Shown here: positions 24,990 to 39,469 of the stretch, piece after piece
Layout of the letters: every line of letters starts with the position of its first letter
Position numbering within the stretch: the stretch's first letter is position 1
From: Cetorhinus maximus
Lineage: Eukaryota
DNA length: 64,000 nucleotides
Assembly: GCF_964194155.1 (NCBI RefSeq)
Contig: NC_135886.1
Location: forward strand, 45,508,001-45,572,000
Direction of reading: 5' to 3'
Translations under genes and position numbers: made by a program
Notes under the pieces: model-generated
Told to the model about the DNA's origin: nothing
The model's database searches: none
The model's input: only the letters and a program-made list of their open reading frames with translations

Positions 24990-25550
24990 TGAAAGGACCT
25001 ATATAATAGTACTTCCTCATCCATGACTTTGTCACTTCCATCTGGTCTCCTGGCTGACTTCAAACCTCCACCCTCTCAACCAGCTCACCTAAAACTCAGT
25101 CTAGTTCCTATCTGACACGAAGTGGAGCTCACCTATTGCCCTGTTTTTGCTGACCTACATGCAGTCAAGGTCCCCCAATGCCTCTAATTTAAAATTCTTA
25201 TCCTTGTGTTTAAATCCTTTCATGGGTTCACCCCTTCCTAATTCTTTGACCTCCTCCATTCCTATAACTCCTCATCATATGTGTTCCTCCAACTATCACC
25301 TCTTGTTCTTCTCTCTTTACTCCATCATTAATGGCCATGTCTTCAGCTATCTAAACCGTATGCTGTGGAATTCCCACTTTTCTGCCCCCGCTCTTCCTTT
25401 AAGACCCTTCTTAGAACCTACCTCTTTGACCAAGCTTTTAGTCACCTGCGTCCGAATATCTCCTTTTTGGGGCTATGTCCATTTTTTTGTTTTATTTTGC
25501 TTCATGAAGTGCCTTAGGACATTTTTCTACCGTAGAAGCTCTATATAGAA
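24990..25550 (+). mobile_element. L2 LINE 3' fragment
   Basis: 'tgctgacctacat...tttaaaattcttatccttgtgtttaaatcc...ggccatgtcttcagc...ctctttgaccaagctttt...gaagtgccttaggac' is the L2 tail. Confidence 0.75.
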
Positions 25551-25970
25551 AAAATAACTTGCATTATATATAGCACCTTTTACAAACTCGATGTTCCAAA
25601 GTTCTTATGCCTGATGAAGCACTTTGAATTATTTTTACTGTTGTAATATTGGAGAAACAACCAATTCATCTACTGCAAGGTCTCACAAAGAGCATCTAGT
25701 TCACGTGTCGGTTAAGGGGTAAATGTTCACCAGGACACCAGAAAACTCCCCTACTCTTTGAATAGTGCAGGGAAATCTTTTCTATTCATCCGAGTAGGCA
25801 GATTTAATATCACACGGATAAGATGAAACCTCCAACAGCGCAACATTTCCTTAGTGTTGCATTGAAGTGTCAGCTCAGATTATGTGCTCAAGTCTCTAGA
25901 GTTGAGCTTAAACCCTTGACCTTTTGACTCTGAGTGCTGTCTGAGTGCTGTCAGTGTGCCAAGACTGACA
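25551..25970 (-). mobile_element. Deu-domain SINE (SacSINE1-like), near full length
   Basis: The reverse strand shows a tRNA-like head (tgtcagtcttggc...agagtcaaaaggtc), a Deu-like core (gcaacactaaggaaatgttgcgctgttggaggtttcatcttatccg) and an L2-type tail (gctatatataatgcaagtt). Confidence 0.65.
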
Positions 25971-27614
25971 CAAATGCAAAAGGCAAGTTGTCATGTTTGT
26001 GATTTGTATCAGAAGATTTATGTCAAGACACTGCAGGTAAGGCAACATATAATTTGATGTATTAGTAGGTAGGAAATGCATGTTTTTCATTTGAATTAAT
26101 GCTTTCTCACTGAAAGTTTCTGTTGAAATAATGCAGCTTGCAGGTTTTGAAAAGATTTGAAATGCACATTTACAGTACTTAGTTTGAAAGAAAACTATCA
26201 AAATCACCTATGAAGTAAAGGTGGTTTAGATTTTTACTAAAGTACTCATTGATTATGAATATATGCTGTATATATACTTAATATCAGTTGGTGACAACAT
26301 TGCTTTTGCTGTCTTCCACTCTGTTGTTTGAGACCTGAATGTATTACTGACTGGGACAACACAGGCTTATGTATTATTTAGTAATTTTAGAACCTGTATG
26401 ATCAGTGTATATTGCCATGCAACTCTTAAAGGAAGTGTGCATTCCTGAATGGTACAATTTTGATTAAAGGTAATCCTCTTCCATCTCTGTGACACGCAAG
26501 TGGAATGGTAATATAAGTTAGTTTCCTATTCCATGGAAAATATTTGTTTCAAGCACCCTATAAATTTAGGTTAAGCCATCTTTTGTGGTTAGTACATTGG
26601 GAACTAAACTGCCTTGAATGCATATGCTGTTAACCAGATGTATTTCCAACATGTTTTAATTTATCTGGGGCTAAAGTGTTGTGATCCTTTTGGCTTGTAG
26701 AAAGATACTTGGAAATTCACTTTATGTGGAAGAGGGCAGTAAATGATGAGGGTTCAAGTTGCATTTGATACCCAATGCAATGTAAATGACCATGTATGAA
26801 CAGTGACAAAATATCCTATAGCAATGTTACAGTTTGCAACTCAATATGCTAATTGCAACATTCTGGATCACAACTGTACAGTTGATACCGCATCCTTTTT
26901 TTTCAGGAGCAGGACTAGTTTGTTGCAGAATACCATACCCTGAAACTTTTGCGAGTGCTTATTTGTGCGGTTGCTGTCATAAGTAATGAATACTATGCTT
27001 TATTTGCATATGCCTGAAACTTAGCTTCTGCTGAGGAGAAAATTTGAATCTACGCAAGCTTGGAAACTAATTTTAGTTGGTATGAAACCAGCTGGGTTTC
27101 AGTAAACTTTGTGCTTAGTAAGATTTTAGTGTGATGGCAGATAGTGTTAGCTGTGTACATAGTGTAAGTAATGGTCAAGACCTGTGTAAGCGTTTGTACC
27201 CATACTGGCACTAATCCACTGAGAAAGCACCTTTTATTATTGGAAATTTTCTGGAAAATTTTAGTGGTTCCTTTTGTGAGTGTGCAAGAATACACACTGA
27301 AAAACATCAGCTGCACGATGCAATTATTGGGTCAACAGCCACTCCCCTCCATGATTTCTATATTTATATAATATGGTACTGTATTCTGAATTAAGTATAT
27401 TTAAGCATGGCCTTGAATTTTTTAAAATACGGCTTGAATTAGTATAAAACTAGTGTGGATATAGTAAAATACGCACTGCTCTGGTTTCTCTGTGGATCAT
27501 GTAAACTTTTTTACCTTTTACTAAAGATTTCTGTGGTTATGTTTGAAATGATAATGTAAAGTGAGCACATTTTGAAGTTGAATACTTCTGGGTTAATAGT
27601 TCATGAAAATTGAA

Positions 27615-28400
27615 TTGCTTAGAATAACAATTTTACAACACAGAAGGCTATTTGGCCCATTATTCCTATGCTGGCTTTATGAGAAAGCTATACATTTACT
27701 CCCACTCTCCTGTTTGTTTCTCCATAGCCCTGTAAAATTTCCATTTTCCAATATATACTTAAATTCCATAATTTTCAATAGGTAATTATGTCCGCCATTC
27801 TTTCAGACTGTATATTCCAGATCATAATTTGCTATGTTTATAAGAAAAATCCCCATATCTCCCCGTTTGGTTGTTTTGCAAATTATCTTAAATCTATATC
27901 CCCTGCTTGCTGACACATCTTCCAACAGAAACAGTTTCGCCTTATTTATGGTGTCAATAATCCCTCAATTTTGAACTCCTCTCCTTCACCGTCTCTTTGA
28001 TTTATGTTGATGCTCCTTATTCCTCTGCCCGATCGTACCACTGCATTCTGCTCAGTAAGTTTCATCTGTCTTATGTCTGCCCATCTCCTCCTGAACCTGT
28101 TGCTATCCTCTTTGCTGTTCACTACATTTGCAAATTTTTGTATCATCTGAAATTATTTTTATCACTTGAAATTGTGCCTCCAAAGACCTGCAATAGACTA
28201 TCAACATTTTTTTTTATCAAAAAGAGCAATGGCCCAATACTGACCCCTGGGAGCACGACCAAATACTACTTCCCAGTGTGGAAAAACAACAATTCTCCAC
28301 TCCTCTCTGCTATCTCTTCGACTGTTTTGTTTTGGTGTTGCCACTGCCCCTTTAATCTTGAGTTTCAATTTGGTAATAAGTCAACCAAGGTTACCAAACT
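27615..28400 (-). mobile_element. Decayed CR1 LINE 3' fragment
   Basis: Minus ORF QKFANVVNSKEDSNRF...WADIRQMK; reverse-complemented CR1 tail 'tacaacacagaaggctatttggccc'. Confidence 0.7.
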
Positions 28401-30405
28401 TCTGCCCTGACATTTTGGCTAAGTTTGACTCTGATACTTAGTATTGTCATTTCAGAAAATACCTGTTTCATTTGACTGACATAATCAGAGCAGAAAATTC
28501 TTCCAGAGGGTATTGAAATTGAGATGGCTCCCCACAAAGAAGTTTGAAAATCACCGATTAAACTTGCTTCTAAAGGGAACAAAGCATAATTATTCTTAAT
28601 ATCTTGGCAGTGACCTGGTTGATAATCTAATTGCTCCATTGCTACATGGTTCATTCATCCATTTTTATATATAGTGCGCATGTGTAAAGATGGGTGCATG
28701 TGTCTAGGTCTGGGGGGGTGTGTGCGCATGTCATGTAGCAATACAGCAATTAGATTATTAACCAGATCACTGCCAAGATATTAATTTATTTTTAAGTTCC
28801 ATATCTCTGACAGGGTTTATTGATTGTGTGGGGGATGAGTTTCAGAATTAAATAAATGACAAATGCCACTTCACTGCCCTGGAAGTGAATAACTTAATTT
28901 TTACTTCCCCATTTAAGAATAATGCTGAAAATTTGGTAAATTAATTTTTCCTCAAAAATTATATACAGGATGTCAGATAATATAAAGATTTCTAGTGCTA
29001 CATTTATGAATGCACCACCTTGTGTGGCATTGAACTGTGCTGACCACAAAGGTCTGAATTCAGCCCCTGGGCTACAAAGTGGATTTAGCTGATGCCAGGT
29101 AGTGGAAAAGTTCAGAGGCATTTCTTTTTTAACTTTTCAGTATTTATTCCTGCTGGAAGTGTGAACACTGGTTGAAGGAAATTCCCTTTTTGAGGCAGGC
29201 AGTAAAACTTGCTGTAAAGGATCACATCTTCTAATGGTGCATTCAGGAACTATCACAGAACATTAAAACTTCCTCATACATTTTCACTGCTTGATATTGA
29301 GGTATTTTATTTGGTGACTCTTATTCCACCCTGATATCAAATTTTAGCATGTTTTAGTATGTTATTATGACATGGAAAATCTTGTACTCAAAAACATTTT
29401 TTTTGACTTAAACAAATTCCTAGCAATATCTTAATGCCTGAACATTACCAAGCTGCTTTTAATAAATCTGACTTTGTGGCATTTCCCTGTTTAATTTATA
29501 TAGTTCAGGTAAGAAGTTATGATTGCAGCCACTTAATTTACTGCAGCTACCAATCAGATATTAAAATTTCATATTTTGGCAGAAATCTTTAATGCACTGA
29601 AGCCTCCGTGTGAGTAGTTTGGCCTGGATTTAATATTGGCTTTTACAGGGCGCTCATTCAATTGAGATCCTGGGAACCAGTATCTATGATCTGGTTCCTT
29701 GTGTTTTTATTACTAAGTTCATCTGCCTTATCCTAAAAGCACAGTCAAAGACCTTGTTTTTCATGGTAGCCAGATTTAGTGGTGTAAGAATAAAAAGCTG
29801 GATGGTGGATTTTGATCTAAACAAGTACTTATAAAAACACCATTCATATAGCACCTTTTTACTGGTTTAGAGAAGAGTGTTCCAAGGCATAATGAAAACA
29901 GATGACAATCAGGAGGAAGATACCATTGGCATAGATAGATCCAGTCTCTGAATTATACTGAAATAGTGTGCCCTATCTATTAATGTTACAGTTCAAAAAC
30001 ACTGATACCAGGTTAAAAATGGCAATCAGACTGGCCAGGTGTATTTAGACCAATACTTTGCCTTTTATTTTTCTAAGTTATCAACATATGCTTTCCCCTA
30101 TTTGAAGAAGTGGCTTGCGCAAGTGAAGTTGTCCTGCCCTAAGTGGCCATTGTTATTGTTTGTGAGACTACAGGCTATTTGGTGATTTGAAGGGGTTCCA
30201 CTTCTTGCCAAGCCTGCTAAGATTGAGCCTACAATTTTTTTTTGCATTATTTACTTTACGCCCCTGCTGTCATGGATCTACCATGGCCAGGGAAGCAAAA
30301 TGACTCCGATTGTCTCTTGTTCCCCTGAATTGCAGCACTTTCCCCTAAATTTACATACATACACTTAATCCAATTTCTAGGCATGTGTTTGATTTGTAAT
30401 TAGCC

Positions 30406-30794
30406 TACCTTGAATCAAACTAAATAAGACAACCTTATTTTTGTGGTCCCAAAAGTTGTTTTTCTATGTACCTGGTGTATAATTTGGCTCCTTTTTGTCC
30501 TCTGCCACGACATGCTATACTTTTAAGTAGTCGGCCTTAATTTTTCACCCCATAAATGTATGTTTTACTTACCGGTATCTTATAACTGGGTGCAAAGGAT
30601 CAAGCAGGCAATACAGGCTACGTTGCAAAGATGTGTGGGAGTTTAAGACATGCCCATTCTTTGCATCAGATGCTAATGGTACTTCAAAATGACAACCACC
30701 CACACCAATGCCAGTGGTTCACTTTTATAATCTGCGTAAAAATCGACCCCCGTTTTTGGAGGGGGCTTGTACTTGTATGCTGACTTCTATGGTA
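30406..30794. mobile_element. Possible decayed Tc1/mariner (Tc2/pogo-like) non-autonomous DNA element
   Basis: Recurring degenerate 'taagacaacc / taagtagtcggcc / aaatcgaccccc' motifs and an end 'cttgtatgc...ctatggta' resembling TACCGTA-type terminal inverted repeats. Very diverged. Confidence 0.3.
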
Positions 30795-30825
30795 TTTGCT
30801 TTAGAATCTGAAATAAAAGCCCATC

Positions 30826-33345
30826 AACAACAGCAGTACATATTTATATGACACCTTTAATGTAATAAAACATCTGAAGACACTTCATAGCAACATTATA
30901 AAACAAAATATAACACCTAGCTACATAAGTCAGAGCACTAAAGCTTGGTCAAAGAGGTAGGTTTTAAGGAGGAACTTGAAGGAGGATCCTAGGCAGCTAA
31001 AGGCATGGCCAGCAATAGTGGAACAGTTAGAACAGGAGGTGCTTGAGGCCAGAATTGGAAGAATGTAAATACTCTGAAGGGGTGTATGGCTGGAGGAGAT
31101 TACAGAGATGGGGAGGAGCCAGGTAATGAATTTGAAAATGAACATGAACATTTTTAAATCAAGGCATTGTTTAATTGGAAGGCAATGTAGGTCAGCGAGC
31201 ACTGAAGTGCGAGGTGAACGGCACCTGGTGTTGGTTAGAACATGGACTGCAAAGTTTTGGATGACCTCAACTGGGAGTGCGGCCAGGAATGCATTAGAAT
31301 AGTCAGGTATGAACAACAGAAGAGCTGAGGCAGAAGTGGAGACAGTGATGTGACAGAGGTGGAAATGAAAACATAAATAGGTGCAGGCGTAGACCATTTG
31401 ACCCATTGAGCCCGTTCTGCCATTCAGTATGATCATGGCTGATCTTAGGCTTCGACTCCTCTTTCATTCCCAATCCTTATATCTCTCAATTCCCTGAGAG
31501 CCCAAAAATCTGTCTGATAGGTGGTTTTAGTGATGGCACGTGTATGTAACCCAGCTCTTCCCTGGGTTAAATATGACACTAAAGTTGTGAACAGTTTGAT
31601 ATAGCCTCAGACAGTTGGCAGGGAGAGGAATGGAATCAGTGGTGAGGGGGTGGAGTTTGTGGTGGTCACTGAAGCCAATGGTTTCAGCCTTTCTAGTATT
31701 TAATTGGAAGAAATTTCTGCTTCTCCAACATCCAGTACTGGATGAGCAGTCTTGCAATTTAGTGATGGTGGTAAGGTAGAGCTGTGTGTCATCAGCACAC
31801 ATGTGGAAACTAATATTGCAGTTTTGGATGATGTCTTGAGGGTCAGCATGTTGATGAGAAATAGGAGGGGGCTAAGGATAGACCCTTGGGGGGACATCAG
31901 AGACAAGAAGAGAAGCCATTGATCATTGTCTCGCCTCAAGGCTATAATTATATAGATGGGAATGAATCCAGGCGTGTGCAGTCCCACCCAGCTGGATGAG
32001 TGGAGAGGTTTTTGGGGAGGAAGGTGTGATCGATTGTGCCAAAGGCTGCAGGCAGGTCAAGAAGGACATTATCACACACGATGTCATGTATGACTTTGAT
32101 AAGAACCATTTTTGTACTGTACCAGGGGCAGAAGCCTGATTGGAAGGATTCAGACATGGAGTTCTGTGGAAAATGGGCATGAATTTAGGAAATGTCTACA
32201 TGTTCAAGGACTTTAGAGATGGGGCAAGGATGGAGGGGTCAAGGGTTTTTTTTTGATGGAGGGGTGATGACAGATTTGAAGGGGAGGAGGGAAGAAGCTG
32301 AGGAGAGAATGGTTAACAAAGTCAGCTAACATGGGGAGCCAGGAAAGGAAAGAAGTTGGGTGGTTAGTACTTTAGTGGAAATAGAGTTGAGAGAGCAGGA
32401 GGTGGGTTTCATGGACAAGATGAGCTTGGAGTGAGCATGAGGGGAGATGGGAGAGAAATGAAATTAGGAAACAAGTTCAGGGCTAGGCCAAGGGGAGACC
32501 CCGTGGAAGATTGGCCCAGTGGGAAGGGAGGAAAATGACAGAGGCAGCTCATCAAATGGTTGCAATTGATGACAAATCCATGAGTTCCTTGCATTTGTTG
32601 CTGCAAGTGAGGATAGAGAAGACAGGGGAGAGGGGGGTTTATAAAGACTGCTTGCAGTAGAGAAAAGAAGCCGGGGTTACCTTTGCATTCCAGGATGATT
32701 CTGGAATAGTCAACAGTTTTCGCAGATGAGAGCAGGACCCAATAGTGCATTATATAAGCCATCCAGATCTGGCAGTGAATAGCTAAACCACATGTCTCCC
32801 AAATCTGCTCAAGTCTGTGTCCAATGGACGTAACTGAGTGCAGATGAGGGCCATACTGGGAAAGGTCAGGGTGAGCGAATGTAATGGGTTTTAATGGACA
32901 TGAGGGCATCGAAGGTGGAGTGAGGGTGTGGTTGAGCAGAATGGTAGCCAGAGAAATGTCATGGTGAACAGAGGGCCAAAGATTAGATAGTTGAGCATTT
33001 GCGAGTGCAGTTCTAAGTTAATTGGAAAAAGAAAAAGATTTGAGAAGGAGCAGCAGGATGTGGGTGTAGAGTGACATGAAGAAATGATTAGAGGTGGCCT
33101 TATCTAGTCTATGGGGTAGGAAGGCTATGTGAGATGGCAAGGTCAAGTGGGTGGCTGTCCATAAAGGCTGGGGAGTTTACATGGATGGTGAGATTAAGGG
33201 AAGATAGAGCAGTGAATTCTGAGGAGAACGTGATGAATTGAGGTGAAGTTTAAAATCAGCTAAGATGAAAAGATGAGAAAATAGTTCATCAAGAAAATTG
33301 ACAGGATTCTTGGGTGGGCAGTATAGAACCTGGTAGATGACTTTG
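30826..33345 (-). mobile_element. L2-clade LINE, about 2.5 kb, decayed (endonuclease end, RT, 3' tail)
   Basis: Minus ORFs FQSGFCPWYSTKMVLIKVIHDI, LLDLPAAFGTIDH, PQGSILSPLLF, CADDTQLY, DYSNAFLA, FKFLLKTYLFDQA. Confidence 0.9.
31368..31516 (-). mobile_element. CR1 3' UTR fragment inserted in the L2
   Basis: 'ataggtgcaggcgtagaccatt...gttctgccattcagtatgatcatggctgatc' is the reverse complement of the CR1 tail at 56140-56220. Confidence 0.75.
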
Positions 33346-33750
33346 GAAAATGCTTTGTCAAAATGTTCTCTGTATTGGGTGAATTTAGTTTTGAAACATT
33401 AAATATTTTTAACAAAAGCAGAAGTTTTTAGTTCCAGATTGAATAGCAATCTTCAAATTAGATGCTTGTGGGGTTCTGGCATAAACATTTATAGCCCCTG
33501 CCAGCCCCATTTATTTCAAAGATTAATTTTTCACTTAAAATTATAGACAATTCTTGCCTTGGCTTTGAATTCTCTTCCCAAAATTTAAGGATGTTGTTCA
33601 AAGTTTAATTTCTGTCACTGTGTACCTGTGCCTTATGCAATGGCAGTAGAAATTAGTGGTAAGTTTGAAATGTTCAATGGCATGCTTCCTGACTAATGCT
33701 TTAAATTTGGAATGTTGGTTTTAATGATAACGCATATCAGTCTTGTATGA

Positions 33751-33984
<234 letters not shown>

Positions 33985-34329
33985 TGAAGAGAACTTCAGC
34001 ATTTATGTAATAAATAACTTATTGTGTATTTGTGCTAAGATAACTATCACTGATCTGTTTAGAACACATGGGTGTTGGCTTTGAACACTTTACTGATTTT
34101 TGTCTTTGTGTGTTTGTGTTATGGATGGGTGTGAGGTGACAAAGTATAAGACTATTGATATTCAACTTACATATTTTTAAGATAAAGACACGAATATTTC
34201 TGTTTTTAGTCCAATTTTCCTGTACTGGTGGACACTCTACTTGAATTTTACAAGCTGTTGCCAGATTTAAGTGGCTCTGCTTTTCTCCTGCATGAGGTAG
34301 AGAGACACAGGGATACTGCCAGTAGTCGT

Positions 34330-34880
34330 TATAGAATCATTCTCCCAAAATTGGCACATAAGTGTCTGTCCTCTGCAGGAGGCCTAATCCAAAGCTGAAT
34401 TTATATTGCAGTTACAAATGGGTGGTCAAGATAATTAACATTGAAAAGATTAAAGTCATTGTTTTCAGCTCCTGCCACAGACTCTGTTCGCTTGCAGTCA
34501 GTTCCATGCGCCCCCTCCAGCCAAAGTCCCTGGCTCTGTACAGTTATATGCAACCCCCATTTTGGCTCTGAGTTGACCTTCTGATTTTATATCCCCCATT
34601 ACAAAAACCAGCAACTTTGTAACATGGATGTCTCTGCCCTGTTGCCTTGGTTTATGTGCTGGTGAAACTCCTCCATGCGTGTTACCTCCAACCTTGACCA
34701 TTTCAATGTTCTTTTGGCCAGCCCCCACCTTCATAAACTTGAACTCATCCAAAACTCTCTGATATTTTAACTTGCATCATTCACTTATCATTCCTGTGCT
34801 TATTGACCTACATTGACTTCCGATCCCCAAACATCTTGATTTTAAAAATATTCTCTGTGGCTTTGTCCCTTCCCCTTCAT
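34330..34880 (+). mobile_element. L2 LINE fragment
   Basis: 'tgctggtgaaactc...atgcgtgttacctcca...ttgaactcatccaaaactct...cctgtgcttattgacctacattg', shared with the other L2 copies. Confidence 0.65.
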
Positions 34881-35580
34881 AGAGTTTTACAGCACAGAAG
34901 GAAGCCCTTTGTATCATCTGAGGATGTGTGAGCATGAAGTGGAGGGAAGGGGAGAGGGGAGAAGGAAGGATGAGGTCGGGCTGAGGACTGGGGAGGACTG
35001 AGGTTCTGGGGAGTAACCGTGAGGGTGGGTAGAGTTGGTGAATAAGTGAGAGGCGTGGTGGTCGTGGATAGGATAGAGTGGAGAAGTGAGGGCAGAAGGG
35101 TGGGGAAGGAAATAAGAAAATCGACTTTGCCTCAGAAAGGAGACGGGAGTTGCAGACCACTAATTTTCCTTCCAAGTGAGATAAGTAAGAAGTGTCATGA
35201 CATGACTTAAACATCTGGAAAGGTAGTGTTGGCACTATTTCTGTTTCAGTTGCATAAGTTGTGTGGGGGGGGTGGTGAAAGGGAGAGTTGTATTTACTGA
35301 AAACTTAACTTCTTTGGGGAGAGGGGGCATTGATTTTTTGCCTGGGGATAGGGCGGGGATCATTTGGTTCACTGCCTGGTTTCAGCTTCTTGAATTCACC
35401 TTTTTGTTGAGCAATTTTTCTGCTTCTCAATCATGTGTTGGGGATTTCTTCAGTCTCTTAAATGATTACAGTAATTTGCAACTTAATGTTTTTTGACAAG
35501 CCTGTCCTGTTCTGTCTTTTGCATTTAGGAGGGCCATGTTTCTATAGGCTGTGCTTGACTGTGGGCACCTTTTAGATCTT

Positions 35581-35755
35581 AAATAAAAGCAAACTGCTGG
35601 AAATACTCAGCAGGCCTGATTCGGTCGAAGAGTCATATTTGATTTGAAACATTAATTCTGTTTCGCTCTTCACAGATGCTCCCAAATCTGCTGAGTGTTC
35701 CCAGCATTTTGTTTTTATTTCAGATTTCCAGCATCTGCAGTATTTTGCCTTTTAG
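35581..35755. mobile_element. Older Penelope-like terminus with short inverted 5' piece
   Basis: Reverse piece 'aaaagcaaactgctggaaatactcagcagg', then forward 'gaagagtcat...gaaacattaattctg...cagatgct...ctgctgagt...cagatttccagcatctgcag'. Flanked by CCTTTTAGATCTT / CCTTTTAGTTCTT. Confidence 0.7.
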
Positions 35756-37184
35756 TTCTTGTTTGCTTTCTCTATCTGAAGTCTAACATTTTGTAGTTTT
35801 ATTAAGATGCTTTGTTTCAGAAACATCTTTGACATTTCGTTTCCTCTTCCTTTAATAGTCCCAAAAATTAGTTACTAATTTTTCCTTTATTTGCTGTCAC
35901 TTAACATTGTCATGTATTACTCACACCACTACCTTCAGGGGATACCTTTAGAATATTGTGACCATGTATGGTGCTTTATTAATATATTTATGAAACAATT
36001 TAAATTAGACATTTATTACAAACTTAAAAAGGTTGAGATTTTTTTTTTCTTAATCATTTAACCCTTAGCACTGACTTACTTCACTTTGAGAAGCGCACAA
36101 TTTAACAAAGCACATTTTGAGATTTCTGAATTTGGGCCATCTTTGCTGCATTTCTGTGGAAGAATAAAGCATGTCTTTAATCAGCTTTGACATCTAACAC
36201 TTGCTGCTGTATTTTCCATGTGACTGTTACTGGATATATGCCAGTTCGTATACCTCCCAGCATTTGTAATATATTTTGTATTTATGCATAGCAGTAACAA
36301 GTTTTGAAGCTGTTCCTACTAGCTAGTAAGAGGAGGCTGCTTAACTGTTGAAGCAACTGTTTCCTTTTGTAAACTTCTTCATTGTTTAATACTTTTTCCT
36401 GTCAATCACTTGTTTGTTTTATGTGCTCATGATGCTGTATTCCATCCACTATAGTGCTGTTGTTATAGTCACTGTTTCAGCATTTGATGGTATTTGCAAA
36501 AGAGCATCATTCTTCAACCATGCTTCCCCCACCTCTGAAACAGTGAATGGACAGTGTGTCATTGGTTTGCAGGTTTGTGCTTGAGAACGTGTGTCCACAC
36601 AAGAGAAACTAAGTAGAGCAATATTATATACTGCTTTGACATTACTTGCAAAACAGCTTCATTATATACATTGAGTTAAATGCAAAAGTTTCTGAACAAA
36701 GAATTTGGCAGAGTTAGTGCATGCATTCAAACGAGCACCGAACGAGGCAGTCAAGGTGAACCTGTGCATCAAAATAATTTTCCATACCCTTCCATTCACC
36801 AGTTCTTAGAATTCAATGACTCGCTCCCCTACCAAAGCTTGACACCATAGGAACATAAGAGCTGGAGTAGGCCATTCAGCCTCTCAAGCCTGCTCTGCCA
36901 TTCAACTAGATCATGGCTGACCATCTACCTCTACAACTGCACTTCCTTACTAGTAAATGTTCTGCACCCATGTGTCCTGTTTAAATACCAGAGTATTTTT
37001 CATGGAGATGGATGGGAAGTTCACTTTAAATGTCATAAACAAGTTTACTCATTTTTACTGATCTGGGCCATTAATGCATTTTAAGTTGAAGACCATCTTT
37101 AGGTTTTGATCAGGTTTTGAAACCTGGTCATTCAGCTGGCTGACTCATTCGGTCAGGTAACAAGCCAATTTTTCTACATATAAA

Positions 37185-37630
37185 CATGTGAATTAAAGGC
37201 AGGAAAAGGCCATTCGGCCCCTTGAGCCTGTTCCACCATTCAATAAGATCATGGCTGATCTGATTGTAACCTCAACTCCACATTCCTGACTGCCCCCAAT
37301 AACCTTTCACCCCCTTGCCTATCAAGAATCTATCTACCTCTACCTCTACCATAAAAATACTCATACTTCTTCCACTGCTTTTTGAGGAAGAGATTTCCAA
37401 AGACTCACGACCCTTTGAGAGAAAAAAATATTCTCCTCATCTCTGTCTTAAATGGGTGACCCCTTATTTTTAAACAGTGCCCCTTGTTCTAGAATCTCTG
37501 ACAAGAGGAAATATCCTTTCCACATCCACCCTGCCAGGACCCCTCAGGTTTCAATCAAGTCACCTCTCACTTCTAAACTCCAGTAGATACAAGCCTAGCC
37601 TGTCCAACCTTTCCTCATCAAACAACCCAA
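37185..37630 (-). mobile_element. CR1 LINE 3' fragment
   Basis: Reverse-complemented CR1 tail and C-terminal coding remnant. A shorter tail fragment also lies at ~36845-36930. Confidence 0.8.
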
Positions 37631-38729
37631 CTATTTTTTCTATTAGGAATTTTGCCTCCAAAAATAAGCAGCAGGAACTAAAGGTTAAATTTTCCTCTTG
37701 TTAACATAAGAATGTTTTGGCCACTTGTAACACTGCTACTTCTGCCCCAGCTGAGATCTGCTGACTTGGCACGGTACATTGAAAATGGGACCTTCTAGTC
37801 TCTATAACCTGATCATTATCAGTTGTCAGATAAGCTTAGTTATATTGCTTTTTGGTTGTGTTTTAAGCTCCTTTGTTCCATAGTATTAAATAATGTTACA
37901 GCAATATTGAAGCTTAGTAAACATCACTGTGCTTGAGCTTTAAAACTGAGGAGACCACCTAACTCATGGTAACTGTGCTTTTGGTGAACCTGTTGCAGGA
38001 CTAGTGGTCAAAGTTTTGTTCTTGCTTATACAGTTTTTCAGTGGCTTAAATCCTTAATACTTGGAAGATGTCACACCAAGGTTAATGGTGTGCTGCTGTT
38101 CCTGTAGGCTGGCTGAGTTCATTACTGGGATAGTCAGATCCCAAGTAGGTTTTTATAAATTAAAAATTCTAGCATGAAATGGCTGAAGTTTACTTCTGGT
38201 CCCATTATTCAATAACTTTATACAAAGATCACTTTTACCATCTGTATTTCTGTCTGTGAAATGAATTGCATAGGAACAGAGGGCCCAAAAATGAGAAAAC
38301 GAACGTGTATTGTACTTAGCACTTTCATTTCTGGGAAGTTAGGCCTCAGTAAGTGGGTGTGGCTATTGCAACAGACTTGTTTTTGTCCCAATTGATTAAC
38401 AGAAAACTGGTGTGTTCATAAAGCAACAGATGACTGCTATTATTGGCATTAGCTGAAAAACTGATAACCACCAGCCTACTGGAATTTACTGCAGTTAATG
38501 TTGATAGCAAATGTTTCCATATAATCTGCTGTTGTAAATTGCTGTACAATTAAATGAGACAATGTAAGAAATAAAGCAGTATTTTGAACCATATTTCATT
38601 ACTACTCTTTCCCCATCTATTAAATACATTATTTGCACGTGGCATTCCAACTAAAGCAAACAAGTGACTAGCATTTTCCACCGTAACCATTGATTTGCTT
38701 AACCAAATCCCTCGCCTTCATCATTCACC

Positions 38730-38753
38730 CCACACACACACACACACACACAC
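38730..38753. repeat. (CA)n microsatellite
   Basis: Direct reading. Confidence 0.9.
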
Positions 38754-39469
38754 CTGTCTTCCCCTGGTATCTTTGTTAACTCGGATCCAAGGAAACTTGA
38801 GTAAAATTGGTGCACATCTTGCATCTAGGGATAGATGTGGCTGGACCACATCAAGCTGTGCTAAAACTGTGCACTACTTTAGGATCCGCTTGGAGGGTGG
38901 AAATAATAACAGGGTTGTTTTCTCCACAACCAACTGCCTCAAACCTCCTCTCCCTTGCTCCTTTCACAATCGCGTCTTAAAAAAGAAATGCTTATTCTCT
39001 TTCAGATAGCCAGGCAATGAAGGAGAAATGGAGCCTAATCTTTACATACTTAGAAGCTTTTATTTACAGAGATGCATAATGCAAACATGCACCTCCAAAC
39101 TCATAGGAGCACAAGTAAATTCTTAATTAATGTACACCACCTGAATACAGTTAAACACTTGTATTCAGTTACAGAATTCACGGATTCATTTCTACAAAGT
39201 TAGATCCATTTAGCTTCCTCTGGTAGTTCCTTCCCCCTCCTGCTCCCCCATTCAGTCAAACTTGCCTGCTTATATCCTGCACTTATATCCTAGCCCTAGT
39301 ATGTTGACCTCATCAGCTTCCTTCAGTGTCTCTTCATTGTCTGGCTTCGTGGGGACTGCCCTTACTAGGTTCTGTTTTCACTTATAACGATCATAACGAG
39401 TGCATTGACAGCAAAGTTCCTTTTCTGCCCCTCTCCCTCCCCACTCAGTGTTATTTTGGGAATCCCCTA

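Noticed and set aside
37935-37970. Short resemblance to an LF-SINE-like core on the minus strand
   Set aside because: Only about 20 bp of recalled similarity; too little to support without a Dfam search.
39141-39168. 9-bp inverted repeat CTGAATACA...TGTATTCAG as a possible miRNA hairpin
   Set aside because: The stem is too short for a pre-miRNA and such repeats are expected by chance in AT-rich DNA.
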